Notes: generated by a model not told the origin, from the sequence alone. Shown: positions 44,100 through 54,585, counted from the stretch's first letter. The stretch: DNA of 64,000 nt from Candidatus Sumerlaeaceae bacterium (GCA_051003195.1 JBPCLP010000008.1:160001-224000); one strand, 5' to 3'. A program made the numbers and translations.

Positions 44100-44410
44100 T
44101 TGGTTCGTCGCAAATCCTACGGTGTGCTGTGGTCTGAAGCTGCATCCAAGGATGCAGAAGCCATTGTTCAGTACCTAGTTACTCATGACACACCAGTGGC
44201 AGCCGCTCGGTCACTTGGACGAATTGAGAGTGCGTCCAAAAAGCTAACGCACCTTGCAATGACATTGGCGTATTGTCTTATCGGGAGCTTGTGGTTTCGC
44301 CGTGGCGAGTGATTTACCGAATTACGGAGCAACATGTATTGGTTGTCGCGATAATCGACGGTCGGCGAAATGTCCCTGACTTATTATACGAACGACTGCT
44401 GATGGAGTAA
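44100..44410 (+). pseudogene. RelE/ParE family toxin, frameshifted with an internal deletion
   Basis: N-part YGVLWSEAASKDAEAIVQY..LTHL in one frame; C-part DIGVLSYRELVVSPWRVIYRI..VVAIIDGRRN..LLME-stop in another. Confidence 0.8.
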
Positions 44411-45100
44411 GTGCCGCACGAGTTTGACATACAGACTGCTGTTCCGTGGGGCCGTTCTTTGTCTGAGTATATACGAATGTTCTCTCTTTCCGAGTCAGAC
44501 ACGGCAGGAAGAATCCTGGATTGCGGCGGCGGGCCGGCCAGCTTTAATGCGGAAATGACGGCAGCTGGGCATCGTGTGATATCCATGGATCCGATCTACG
44601 CATTCGACAGTACGCAGATAGAAGAGCGCGTGCGCGAAACGTATCCGAAGATCATGGACGGCGTTCGGCGTGCCTATGATCGTTTTGTCTGGGAAGCGAT
44701 TGCATCGCCGGAGCACCTTGGCGAAATGCGACTCGAGGCGATGCACAAGTTTCTCGCCGACTTCAATGCTGGCCGTGCAGCAGGACGGTACCAGGTGCAG
44801 AGTTTACCGCAGCTTACGTTCGCGGACGACAGCTTTGACCTCGCGCTCGTGTCTCATTTGTTGTTCCTGTACTCCGACGAAATGGACTGCGCGTTCCATA
44901 TTGAGTCCCTTCGGGAACTGCTTCGCGTTGCCGCGGAAGTTCGTGTGTTCCCGCTACTCGCAATGGACGGGAATCCGTCGCCCCACATTACAGGAGTAAC
45001 GGATGCGCTTGCTGCGGCAGGTTGTTCGGTTCGTCTCCAGAAGGTTAATTATGAGTTTCAGCGCGGCGGAAACACCATGCTGGTAGCGGGCAGGAGCTAA
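44411..45100 (+). CDS. SAM-dependent methyltransferase
   Basis: WGRSLSEY, ILDCGGGPASF, FDLALVSHLLFLY. Confidence 0.88.
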   Translation: MPHEFDIQTAVPWGRSLSEYIRMFSLSESDTAGRILDCGGGPASFNAEMTAAGHRVISMDPIYAFDSTQIEERVRETYPKIMDGVRRAYDRFVWEAIASPEHLGEMRLEAMHKFLADFNAGRAAGRYQVQSLPQLTFADDSFDLALVSHLLFLYSDEMDCAFHIESLRELLRVAAEVRVFPLLAMDGNPSPHITGVTDALAAAGCSVRLQKVNYEFQRGGNTMLVAGRS

Positions 45101-45124
45101 ACGCCGAACTAATCCCCGCGCGTT

Positions 45125-46096
45125 TTATGGACTCGGCTGGCGGCGGGTTAGCTCCAGGAAGAACTGTTTGAGAGTCTTGCGCTGGGGAACAACAGCGCGT
45201 GGGACCAGCTTACGAGTGACGAGGTCGGAGAGTATTTCTCCAGTGATCCCCTGCTGCATCCGAACATAAAGGCTGGTTTCATCGGGAGCACCGGTGCCCG
45301 AGTACACCGAGCTTAGCTCCTCGCTCAGAACCTCGACGCCGGCATGCGACAGAAGAAACGCCTTTGCCTGGTCACGCGTGCTGGCGTTTTCAAAAACAAG
45401 CAGGTTATCCTCTTTTGAAAAGAAGAGCAGGCGGCGCACTTCGTCGCAGGCGACCAGTATGCCCTGGTTGATCACTGCGATCCGGTTGCACCACTCCTCA
45501 ACTTCATGGAGCAGGTGACTGGAAATGAAAACGGTCATTCGCTCCTCTGCCACGAGGCGCCTCAGAAGCTCCCAGACCTGCGCACTGCCTTCCGGATCAA
45601 GTCCATTGGTGGGTTCATCAAGCAGCAAAAGTTTGGGTCGATGCAGAAGCGCCTGCGCGATTCCGAGACGCTGTTTCATTCCATGCGAATACTCGCGTAC
45701 GCGGTCCTTCCCGCGGTCAAGCAGTCCGAGCAGATCAAGGACCTCGTCGACTCGCTGCTTCGGGACATTGCCCTGGATGCGAGCAAGGACTTCCAGGTTC
45801 TTTCGTCCACTAAGGTATTCGTAAAAGGCCGGTACTTCGATCAAGGTTCCCAGCTGAGTTCGCACAGCTTTTACTTCCGTGTGCGGCTGGCCAAAGATGT
45901 CTATCCTGCCCGAAGTGGGGCGGACTAGCCCTGCCATCATATACATGGTGGTGGATTTGCCTGCACCGTTCGGTCCCAGGAATCCGAAGATGTCGCCTTC
46001 ATCCACGCTGAAACTCAGGTCGTTTACTGCAGCGTGCCTGCCAAACTGCTTCGTAAGATTGCTGACCAGAAGCACGGCGCTGTTGCTCGCACTCAT
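45125..46096 (-). CDS. ABC transporter ATP-binding protein (BcrA-like)
   Basis: GPNGAGKST, YSHGMKQR, LLLDEPTNGLD, SSH. Confidence 0.95.
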   Translation of the reverse strand: MSASNSAVLLVSNLTKQFGRHAAVNDLSFSVDEGDIFGFLGPNGAGKSTTMYMMAGLVRPTSGRIDIFGQPHTEVKAVRTQLGTLIEVPAFYEYLSGRKNLEVLARIQGNVPKQRVDEVLDLLGLLDRGKDRVREYSHGMKQRLGIAQALLHRPKLLLLDEPTNGLDPEGSAQVWELLRRLVAEERMTVFISSHLLHEVEEWCNRIAVINQGILVACDEVRRLLFFSKEDNLLVFENASTRDQAKAFLLSHAGVEVLSEELSSVYSGTGAPDETSLYVRMQQGITGEILSDLVTRKLVPRAVVPQRKTLKQFFLELTRRQPSP

Positions 46097-46106
46097 CGTA
46101 GATTGA

Positions 46107-47537
46107 TCACCCCAGCATGCCTTCGTCCGCAAAACTATAGTATCGCTGCGCTCCAACGATGACGTGGTCGAGCACCTTGATGCCAAGAATGTTGCCCGCC
46201 TCCACAAGGCGACGCGTGAGTGCGTGGTCTTCGGGACTGGGTGAGGGATCCCCGCTGGGATGATTGTGCACGAACACAACTCCGGCTGCCGCTTCAGCCA
46301 GCGCCGGCTTGAAAACATCCCGCGGATGAACTATGCTGGCATTGAGCGTTCCGACAGAGATGCTGAACTCGCGCTGGATTTTGTTTTTCGTGTTCAGTGC
46401 GAGTAGTACGAACTCTTCCTGCGTGGCGCTCTTGAAGCGGGGACGATACATGTCGAAAACATCGCGGCTGGAGCCCAGCGACTTCAGCCCGTCACGGGCG
46501 TCAGCGGCCGGCTGCGTAATGCGCTTGCCCAGCTCAATGGCCGCCTTGATTTCCACGGCCTTGGCTTTTCCGATGCCACGCACCGTTGTGATATCCGCAA
46601 TGGATGCCGTCTCAAGCCCGTGCAGGGTTCCGAATTTATGGATCAGTTCACGGCCGAGATCGAGGGCAGAGCGCGAACCGCTTCCGGTGCGAAGGATAAT
46701 TGCGATCAGTTCGGCACTGCTAAGGCGTTCACCGGACAGCATCCGTTCCCGCGGGCGTTCATCATGTGCCCACGCTTTTATCGGGACGTTGCGCGGCTGG
46801 ATCGGCTGCGGCGGATTGTGCTTCACGTAGGAGCAGAAGCTCGTAAGGGTGCATTCTGCACAGCGCGGCGTGTTGCCGCACGGTACCGGGAAACCTTTCT
46901 TCTTTCGCGCACCCGAGTAGGATCCGAACAGGTAGTCCAGTTCAGGCAGCGGTACGTTGCTGACGCGCGACAAGTGCTGCATTCGCTCAAAATAGTTGCG
47001 CGTTGTCTGCGCGTTGAGATCACGAGTCGTGACCTGCCCAAGGCGGAAAAGAAAGCGCATGGTGTCCGCGGCTGGGATTGCGGCGGGATATCCAATCGCC
47101 AACAAAAACTCGTAGGGTTTGCGCCCGCGCAAAAACGGGAACTCTTTCGCGACCAGCGCGACCGCCGTTATCAGATTCGGGCAGTTTGCCAGCCGCTCGG
47201 CAAAGGGTGTGGTTGAGTTGCCGTTTTGAGAGGTTTTGGTCAGCAACTGGAGCGACTCCGAAAGCTGCTGCACGGTTTTGCCGTGCTCGTTATGGCCGCG
47301 CTCCAGCTCGTTCGAATCCAGCGCGTTCAGCTGCCGCCGGATTTCGCGCCTCCCTTCGGGCATGGAGTCGTCGATTCCGAGTGTAACCGCGATCAGCCGC
47401 TCCTTCAGGTGGTCCAGCGACAGTGTGCGATAGTCGCGACTGCGGATGTGCTCAAGCGTTTCGGCTAGTGCGGGCACGTCGCTTAAAAGCCGACCACGCA
47501 GGCGTTCAATCCAGTCTATCAGGTTCAGCTCTTCCAT
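46107..47537 (-). CDS. radC: RadC (HhH + JAB domain) with long N-terminal extension carrying a 4-Cys cluster
   Basis: ERPRER, LSSAELIAIILRTG, GIGKAKA, HPRDVF, HNHPSGDPSPSPED, LDHVIVG; upstream CGNTPRCAECTLTSFC. Confidence 0.92.
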   Translation of the reverse strand: MEELNLIDWIERLRGRLLSDVPALAETLEHIRSRDYRTLSLDHLKERLIAVTLGIDDSMPEGRREIRRQLNALDSNELERGHNEHGKTVQQLSESLQLLTKTSQNGNSTTPFAERLANCPNLITAVALVAKEFPFLRGRKPYEFLLAIGYPAAIPAADTMRFLFRLGQVTTRDLNAQTTRNYFERMQHLSRVSNVPLPELDYLFGSYSGARKKKGFPVPCGNTPRCAECTLTSFCSYVKHNPPQPIQPRNVPIKAWAHDERPRERMLSGERLSSAELIAIILRTGSGSRSALDLGRELIHKFGTLHGLETASIADITTVRGIGKAKAVEIKAAIELGKRITQPAADARDGLKSLGSSRDVFDMYRPRFKSATQEEFVLLALNTKNKIQREFSISVGTLNASIVHPRDVFKPALAEAAAGVVFVHNHPSGDPSPSPEDHALTRRLVEAGNILGIKVLDHVIVGAQRYYSFADEGMLG

Positions 47538-47698
47538 CTCAGGCACCGATACCACCCCGTTGCTGCTTCGCAATCCAATAAAAAAGCGGCGGCCTGGGAA
47601 GGTTGGGCTGCGATTACGTGCTCTCCGCTATAGAACGCGGTGCATCGGGAAGCGACACTTGCTCTGGGAGGTGATCGTCATGTCCGTCCGTCGGCAAG

Positions 47699-49468
47699 TC
47701 AGCTCGCATCCAGTTCCACCGCATCGGACAGCTGTTGCTTCTCGAACAAATCGGCATAGATGCCGCCGTGTGCCAGCAACTGATCGTGGCTTCCCTGCTC
47801 GACAATGGCGCCTTCTTCGAGAACGATGATATGGTCGCAGTGCATCACCGCGGAGACACGATGCGCGATTACGATCGCTGTGCGTTTCTCCAGCACCTCG
47901 ACAAGGCTGTCGAGGATGCGTGCCTCGGTTTCAGTGTCTACTGCCGACAATGCGTCATCAAGCACAAGAATGTCAGGGTCGCGCAACAGGGCACGTGCTA
48001 TGGCGGTTCGTTGCTTCTGTCCACCCGACAGATTAATGCCTCGCTCCCCAAGAACTGTGGCGTACTTCTTTGGAAAGAGCTCGATTTCAGGAGCCAGATG
48101 AGCCTGCATCGCGACGTTTTCAATCTGCTCCATAGTTGCATCCGGCTCGCCAAACGCGATGTTGTTCTCAATAGTATCGCTGAAGAGAAACGTTTCCTGG
48201 AAAACGAGGCTAATCCGGTCGCGCAGCACGTCCATGGGTATGTCACTAAGGTCCTCACCGTCGATGAACAATTTTCCGCGATCGACGGGATATAAATGCA
48301 GCAGCAGCGAGGCCAGTGTGCTCTTTCCGCTGCCTGTGGACCCCACCACGCCAAGGCGGCTGCCGGCCGGAATGCGGAGTTTGATGTCCCGAAGAGCGGG
48401 CGGTAGATCCGAAGAGTAGCTGAAACTGAGATTGCGGAACTCCACGCATCCTCCGCGATCAGATACGGTGCTCACGCCAGCTTGCGACTGTTCCCCGGTA
48501 TCGGCGGGAACATCCGGCGCCAGGTCGAGAATCTCGGCAATGCGGTCCATGCTGGCCGCGCCGCGCTGCATCAAACTCACCGTCCATCCCAAAGCAATCA
48601 TTGGCCAGAACAGCATGGTCTGGATCATTGAAAACTCGACCAGTTTACCAACACTCATATTGCCGCGCATTACCTCGTTGCCACCGATCCAAAGCAGAAG
48701 GACAATCGACGTTCCGGCAAGCGCGCGCAGGCTCGGGTAGAAGCCACTCTGGATGCGTGCCAGGTGCAGGTTCAGTCGAATGAATTGCTCGTTCAGCGCG
48801 GCGAACTTCTTCTTCTCCGCTTCTTCCTGGACGAACGCACGCACCACGCGCACCCCGGCCAGGTTTTCCTGCACCATCGCGCTGATATGGGAGTAGTGAT
48901 CCTGCACGTTCCGAAAACGCCGGTGCACTCGGTTGCCGAAATAGTTCATGATGAACGGGAGCGACAGTAAGGGAGCCATGGTCAGCAGCGCCAGGCGCAC
49001 ATCGATGCTGATCATGCGCCCGACGGCGAGTGGGAACAGGATCACAGAATTGAAAAACTGCAGGAAGCCGGGCCCGATGAAGGAACGCACCTGGTCCACG
49101 TCGTTGGTTGCGCGTGCCATGAGATCGCCCGTGCGCTGATGATCGTAGAATGACGGGGACAGTGACTGAAGCTTGGCAAAAAGATCGTCGCGGAACTTAA
49201 GCTCGATGTCTCGCGAGGCACCTATAATCCACGTGCGCATGTAGTACCTGGCCACACCGACCCCTACGGTTAAAAGTACGATAAAGCCAGCAAACCAGGC
49301 GAAATCGTTCCGCGTGTGACCTCCCGCCAGGACTGCATCGGATGCTTCGCCGACAACCCTCGCGACGCGTAGCTGGAAGTAATTCGTCAGCACCAGGCAG
49401 ACAAATCCGCCCGCAATTCGCCACCTGTGTTCGGCAACGTAGCATCTGAGGCGCAGCAGGCTTTTCAC
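47699..49468 (-). CDS. ABC exporter, fused permease/ATPase (MdlA-like)
   Basis: RTGDLMARATND, GSTGSGKST, LSGGQKQR, LDDALSAVD. Confidence 0.95.
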   Translation of the reverse strand: MKSLLRLRCYVAEHRWRIAGGFVCLVLTNYFQLRVARVVGEASDAVLAGGHTRNDFAWFAGFIVLLTVGVGVARYYMRTWIIGASRDIELKFRDDLFAKLQSLSPSFYDHQRTGDLMARATNDVDQVRSFIGPGFLQFFNSVILFPLAVGRMISIDVRLALLTMAPLLSLPFIMNYFGNRVHRRFRNVQDHYSHISAMVQENLAGVRVVRAFVQEEAEKKKFAALNEQFIRLNLHLARIQSGFYPSLRALAGTSIVLLLWIGGNEVMRGNMSVGKLVEFSMIQTMLFWPMIALGWTVSLMQRGAASMDRIAEILDLAPDVPADTGEQSQAGVSTVSDRGGCVEFRNLSFSYSSDLPPALRDIKLRIPAGSRLGVVGSTGSGKSTLASLLLHLYPVDRGKLFIDGEDLSDIPMDVLRDRISLVFQETFLFSDTIENNIAFGEPDATMEQIENVAMQAHLAPEIELFPKKYATVLGERGINLSGGQKQRTAIARALLRDPDILVLDDALSAVDTETEARILDSLVEVLEKRTAIVIAHRVSAVMHCDHIIVLEEGAIVEQGSHDQLLAHGGIYADLFEKQQLSDAVELDAS

Positions 49469-49704
49469 GGTGCAAGGGGCTACCCGGATAAATGGAGCGC
49501 ATTCGGCTTGAAAACCCCACAACGCTTGGCGAGAAGCGTGATGCATAAACAGGCCGCTCGATTATGCGACCAATGGTCAGCTCGAAAGCTTACGGATAGC
49601 TATCCCTGCCCGCATGGAACCGCCAGGTGTTTGCCTCTGTGTTCGGCAAAACAAAACCGGCAGCTTGGGTGCGGTTACACCCATTTAGCGCAGGTGAGAT
49701 CGCC

Positions 49705-50154
49705 TTACTTTACGCCACCAACGCTGGTTGTCGGGGTATGCGAAGGCGCATCACTGGCGGGAAACGACTCCTCGCTTGCTTCGTGTACGAGATCGCCCTC
49801 GACTCGTGGCGCCGTCTGATCTAATCTGCCAGTGTGCTGCCGATGATCGTGCTCAGCGTGTTCGGAGTTGCTGGCCCGGTCAATCTCAAGGTAGTGGTAA
49901 AGCTCACAATGTCCAGTTGCCCCGCGGTGCAGCAACCCGACTGCCAGCGCTCCAAAGAGCCCGGTTAATACCGGTCGTCGGCTCCCCATCGCCAGCCCGG
50001 CCAATACACCGCCAAGCGCGAGGCTCACCTGGCGTTCGCCCATGCTCACATTAGGCTGCTGGTGCGCAAAATCCTGTATCTTCTCCTTAATGCGCGACTG
50101 ATGCTCATCCGCCGGGCGGGGCCCTTTTCCTCTAATTACAGTGACGTTGCTCAT
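49705..50154 (-). CDS. DUF2892/YgaP-like membrane protein with C-terminal ESFPASD motif
   Basis: NVSMGER..TM..RGATGHC.LY; VHEASEESFPASDAP. Confidence 0.8.
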   Translation of the reverse strand: MSNVTVIRGKGPRPADEHQSRIKEKIQDFAHQQPNVSMGERQVSLALGGVLAGLAMGSRRPVLTGLFGALAVGLLHRGATGHCELYHYLEIDRASNSEHAEHDHRQHTGRLDQTAPRVEGDLVHEASEESFPASDAPSHTPTTSVGGVK

Positions 50155-50321
50155 GATGATCCTGCCTTCCTGCGTCCGCTCACCGTGAACATCTATCCGG
50201 CTGTGCAGCGCTTCGTATACTACCATAAATGAGCAACGGATATGCCATGCTTTTGCAATCGGAAGTTAGTTCGGCATGGCCTTTGATCTCACTGTGGTTA
50301 ATTGCTGAAGGAGCTCCGATA

Positions 50322-50594
50322 ATGAAGAAGAACTCAACGCACTCGACGTATGACCCGAAGTTGCCAAACCAGGTCTGGATCGAACGCGAATCCGGCCACA
50401 GTGACCTCCCAAAACATCCCGCAAAAAACCCCGGGACCACATCACCAACAGCAGAGGAACTTAAGAAGGGCAACAAAAGCGCTCAAAGCGACGTCGATGA
50501 CGAGATTGCAAATCGTGCCGAGGCGGCTCTTACGACCCAGGGCGAGGAAATGCGACCCAGGGACGGCAACCTGGATGGAGGTACCGCGCGGTAG
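50322..50594 (+). CDS. Small hydrophilic hypothetical protein
   Basis: RBS aaggag before ATG; 90-aa ORF in an otherwise empty gap. Confidence 0.55.
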   Translation: MKKNSTHSTYDPKLPNQVWIERESGHSDLPKHPAKNPGTTSPTAEELKKGNKSAQSDVDDEIANRAEAALTTQGEEMRPRDGNLDGGTAR

Positions 50595-50702
50595 CTTCGC
50601 CAATTGCAAAAGCAGATTTTGCCTGTTACGGATGAGCTTGAAGAAGACTTCTGACCCCTACCTTTTGCACTCACATCACACAAGCACTCTCCGGGACAAT
50701 TA

Positions 50703-51887
50703 ATGACCGATATCTTTAGCACCATACTACACTCGCGCACGGGCATGAGCGACGTGCAATCCGCCGTGGATCCATTCACGGGCAAAAATACCATCATGCT
50801 TCCGCCTGTAGTGCGGCATCCGGCGAACCCCGTCGCATCGCGTGCGGGCTTTTTTGAGTCGGTCCTTGAGCACAAGCTCGCGGGCACTGTGCCTGGAGGG
50901 CTGGCGCCACAACTCCGAAACCTGCAGGACACTTTCAACTGCGGTGTTGCCCACTACGACGGGCGCTACGTAATGCTGGTGCGATTCCAGAATCAGCAAC
51001 GCCAGAACGACATCTACCTGGCGACAAGCCACGATGGAGTACGTTGGGACCACACGCCCGAGCTGCTGGATCTTCCGAACCTTCCAGCCGCGCCCGACCC
51101 GGGCGGTCTTGCGCGAAGCGGCTGGCAATTGCCAGAAGGCAAACCCTGGCACAAAGGGCAATTCTACGATCCACGTATTACTCAGATGGAAGACGGCAGC
51201 TACCTCATTGCCCTGGCAGTCGACTACGATACGATCGAACCGCCAGGCCAGCCATATGCCTATGTGTGCGACAACGTGCTATATCGTACACGCGATTTTA
51301 AAAGCTTCGAGTTCCTGTGCACTCTCCAGGGGCATACGCGAAACTGCGTGTTGTTTCCCCGTAAAATCGATGGGTGGTACTACGCGGCCGGTCGGCCTAA
51401 CGCATCCAAACGTGTGAACACGGTGCTTTTCCGCTCAAAGGACCTGAAGCAGTGGGAACAGGGGGACGAGCTTTTCACGGGCGGGCACGCATGGATGATT
51501 TACGCCGGGCCGGGCTTTCCACCCTTCGAGACCGAGGACTATTGGGTACTCGGCGTCCACGCGGTGGAAACCCACGGCACATTTCAAATTGTCTATCGAG
51601 CCGCGGTTTGCCTTCTGGACAAGAAAAGCATGAAGCTCGTTGCCGGGCCAGTCCCCATTCTTCATCCCGACAAACCGTACGAGACCGATGGGACCATCGG
51701 CGCCGCAGTCATTTTCCCAACCGGTGTGCTCTTCAGCGACGGCAACGGTTCCGGCGTAAAAACTCGCGACACAAAAGTCGCCATCTACTACGGCGCCGCG
51801 GACTCCTTCGTTGGGGTCGGCATGACGACTGTTGGACGTCTGATCGATACGGCACTCGGCAAATACGACCCGGTCGCTGCTGTCTAA
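50703..51887 (+). CDS. GH130-like glycoside hydrolase/phosphorylase (five-bladed beta-propeller)
   Basis: TFNCGV, YDPRIT, RNCVLFPRKIDG, VIFPTG, IYYGAAD. Confidence 0.85.
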   Translation: MTDIFSTILHSRTGMSDVQSAVDPFTGKNTIMLPPVVRHPANPVASRAGFFESVLEHKLAGTVPGGLAPQLRNLQDTFNCGVAHYDGRYVMLVRFQNQQRQNDIYLATSHDGVRWDHTPELLDLPNLPAAPDPGGLARSGWQLPEGKPWHKGQFYDPRITQMEDGSYLIALAVDYDTIEPPGQPYAYVCDNVLYRTRDFKSFEFLCTLQGHTRNCVLFPRKIDGWYYAAGRPNASKRVNTVLFRSKDLKQWEQGDELFTGGHAWMIYAGPGFPPFETEDYWVLGVHAVETHGTFQIVYRAAVCLLDKKSMKLVAGPVPILHPDKPYETDGTIGAAVIFPTGVLFSDGNGSGVKTRDTKVAIYYGAADSFVGVGMTTVGRLIDTALGKYDPVAAV

Positions 51888-51910
51888 CCTGAAGTCCGAG
51901 ATGAGAACTA

Positions 51911-52858
51911 TTGAGCACACGATTACATAAAGGTTTCGCCTGTTTTACGTGCGCACTTGGTTTCCTTGCTGGCGCTTGGGACGCGCATGCAGCCGCGGCT
52001 CATGCAGATGAATCCGCAACGACGCTGTACCTTTGGCCGAACGATAAAGAAAGCTCCGTTCCAGCCGAACAGCAACTGCCCTCTCGCGGTGGGGACATCG
52101 TGCGTGTCACAAGCGTTACTCAACCCAGCATCACGCTATACCGTGCGCCAGCAACCGCCACGCTCACTCCCGGGATACTGATATGCCCCGGCGGCGGGTA
52201 CAAGCACCTCGCGGTCAACATCGAGGGAAGCGAAGTCGCCCAGTGGCTGAACTCCATCGGGATCACGGCAGCAGTGCTGAAATACACAGTACCCGAAAAC
52301 CGGCCATCTGCTTTCCAGGATGCACAACGCGCCCTGCGCCTGCTCCGCAGTAATGCGGCCGACTGGAAGATCGACGCGTCGCGGATCGGGGTGCTCGGAT
52401 TTTCTGCCGGTGGACACCTGGCCGCGCGCCTCAGCACACACTTTGGAGAGCAGGTTTATCCGCCCGCTGACGACGCAGATAAACAATCCTGCCGACCCGA
52501 TTTTACCGTGCTGATTTATCCCGCCTACCTCGCAAACGAGCGCTACGAACTTGCAGACGAAGTTACCGTCACGTCCGCAACGCCACCTGCATTCATAGTC
52601 CAGACCGAAGACGATCGTAAGTACGTTGCCAGCAGCCTGGGTTATGCGATCGCTTTGCACAACGCGAATGTTCCGGCCGAACTTCACCTGTACTCAACCG
52701 GCGGACATGGCTACGGCCTGCGGCCATCCTCGCACGCGGTTTCGCAATGGCCCCGGCTCTGCGAATCCTGGCTTCGACATGCCGGAATTCTCGCACCCGC
52801 GACTCAAGCGAAAGCTACGAAAGGAACGGCGGAGATTCCGACCACCGGCGCGCATTAA
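51911..52858 (+). CDS. Secreted alpha/beta hydrolase (carbohydrate esterase-like)
   Basis: ICPGGGY, GFSAGGHLA, RPDF..LIYP, GGHGYG. Confidence 0.9.
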   Translation: MSTRLHKGFACFTCALGFLAGAWDAHAAAAHADESATTLYLWPNDKESSVPAEQQLPSRGGDIVRVTSVTQPSITLYRAPATATLTPGILICPGGGYKHLAVNIEGSEVAQWLNSIGITAAVLKYTVPENRPSAFQDAQRALRLLRSNAADWKIDASRIGVLGFSAGGHLAARLSTHFGEQVYPPADDADKQSCRPDFTVLIYPAYLANERYELADEVTVTSATPPAFIVQTEDDRKYVASSLGYAIALHNANVPAELHLYSTGGHGYGLRPSSHAVSQWPRLCESWLRHAGILAPATQAKATKGTAEIPTTGAH

Positions 52859-52890
52859 AAAACCGCCGGCGACCCTCGGCCACCGGCGGC
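52857..52890 (-). terminator. Hairpin between convergent genes, probable terminator
   Basis: aaaaaa-ccgccgg...ccggcgg. Confidence 0.55.
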
Positions 52891-52907
52891 GCTCTCCCCG
52901 CTGCAAA

Positions 52908-53150
52908 TTAGTAACGTACGACCACCGAGCTGTAAGGATAACCTGCGTAAGGATAGGTCGTATACCACGGGCTGTAAATTCTTGGCGTGCTGACGAAAGT
53001 TCGGCCGTAATAGGCAGGATAAACCATCGGTGCCGAATGGTACGTCGGGTAATATCCGCCACCCACGACATAAATGGAACGGGCTTCGGCGGTGGAACCG
53101 GAGAAGGTAAATCCTGCAGCGACCAGGGCGATTGCGACTATGCTTTTCAT
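52908..53150 (-). CDS. Small secreted Tyr/Pro-rich protein (80 aa)
   Basis: RBS gaggag; signal peptide ending AEA; Y/P/G-rich mature part. Confidence 0.7.
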   Translation of the reverse strand: MKSIVAIALVAAGFTFSGSTAEARSIYVVGGGYYPTYHSAPMVYPAYYGRTFVSTPRIYSPWYTTYPYAGYPYSSVVVRY

Positions 53151-53425
53151 TGTTATCTCCTCAACATGTTTACAGCTAAGGAAGCGCTTCACCTGAACAT
53201 TGCCCCGGTCCTTCAGGGCCGTCTTCGGGAGAACTTCTTCCCGTTGCTGCATGGCGGATCACCTATGCGCGCGACGTGCCGAAACCAGGGGCGGCATTGC
53301 TGATTAGTTAACAAGGCCAGCGACAATGATTTCCATGCGTCGCCTCACCCCCAGCCCGGCTGCAGCGGTCCGCAGGTGCGCGGACTTCCGCACGCCCTGT
53401 TCACGTTTCATACACTTCTGAAAAT

Positions 53426-54430
53426 CTACAGCGGGCGAACCTCGACGAACTGTTCCGTGGACGGATCGAAACGGATTGGGTTTCGCAGCGGCCTGCCAAA
53501 CTGCTCGACCTCTATCTGCATAACATCCCCGTCCTGCATCAGGATGCGGTCCCCGAAGCTGAACGCGTCGGTGCCATAGAAATAGACATGGGCATCGCCC
53601 GGTCGGCGATGCTGCGGCACCTTAAAATGGTGATGCTCCAGGTTGGCGACGGTGTGGCACATGTGCGCGTCCCCCGTGAAAAACTCGGTCGACCAGACGA
53701 CCCTATCGCCACGCCTGATCGTCGCCTTGCCGCGGTTGCCGGAGAAATCCGGCTCGACGATCAGTTCCGGTCCAATGGAACAGGTCCGCAGCTTCGACGG
53801 CGCGAGGTAGAGGTAGTTTTTCTCCTCGAGCACGTGATCCGAAAACTCATTCGTCACGGCCATACCCACCCGGCGAGGATTGCCGTCGTCGTCTACAATG
53901 TACAGGCCGGCGATTTCCGACTCCTCGCCACCGTCTCCAGCGAACGACGGGACCTCCAATGCCTCCCCGTGTGCGCGCAGCACTGTCCCGCAGCCCTTGT
54001 AGAACCACTCCGGTTGTGTGCCGACGCACCCCGTCTGGGGGCGTCCACCTTCCTTGCCCCACATGTACATTTTCATGCTGTCGCTCACCGGCGCCGTGGC
54101 CGAGTGCATTGCCTGCCGGTTCTCTGCACTGGCTTTGTGAGTAAGGCCCGTGCCCGTGACAAGGCATCGCGCGGGTTCTTCCGGGTGATCGAATGCCTGC
54201 AGCAGCCGCCATTCCGGGTCCGATCCTTCGTAGATCGGGTCGTATTCGATCGAGGTCGCGTCCAGTGATTGTGTTGCCAATTCCGCCAGCGCCACTTCAT
54301 CACGCGCGGCATTCAACGCGAGCTCGTAAACCGACCCGAACTTCGCATTCAGCAGCACCAGCTTCGGTTCCTGGACCAGGGCGACTCGCCGCTCGCCGCT
54401 CGTGTTTCTCAATTGTACCAGTGATAACAT
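53426..54430 (-). CDS. AraD1/GguC family protein (FAH fold, pentonate catabolism)
   Basis: DHPEEPARCLVTGTGLTH, QPEWFYKG, NEFSDH, NYLYLAPSKLR, NLEHHHFK. Confidence 0.9.
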   Translation of the reverse strand: MLSLVQLRNTSGERRVALVQEPKLVLLNAKFGSVYELALNAARDEVALAELATQSLDATSIEYDPIYEGSDPEWRLLQAFDHPEEPARCLVTGTGLTHKASAENRQAMHSATAPVSDSMKMYMWGKEGGRPQTGCVGTQPEWFYKGCGTVLRAHGEALEVPSFAGDGGEESEIAGLYIVDDDGNPRRVGMAVTNEFSDHVLEEKNYLYLAPSKLRTCSIGPELIVEPDFSGNRGKATIRRGDRVVWSTEFFTGDAHMCHTVANLEHHHFKVPQHRRPGDAHVYFYGTDAFSFGDRILMQDGDVMQIEVEQFGRPLRNPIRFDPSTEQFVEVRPL

Positions 54431-54585
54431 TTACGCCTCAAAACGCATTGCGCTTCTAACAAACACTCACGCTGAGTAGAAGAAATGCGTTTCCACTGGT
54501 TCGACAACTGAAAACAGCGACTCAAGCTGCGCCGCGCCTGACCAGGTCCGAGAAGATCTTCATTGCCGTTGTTCTCGTACCGGTT

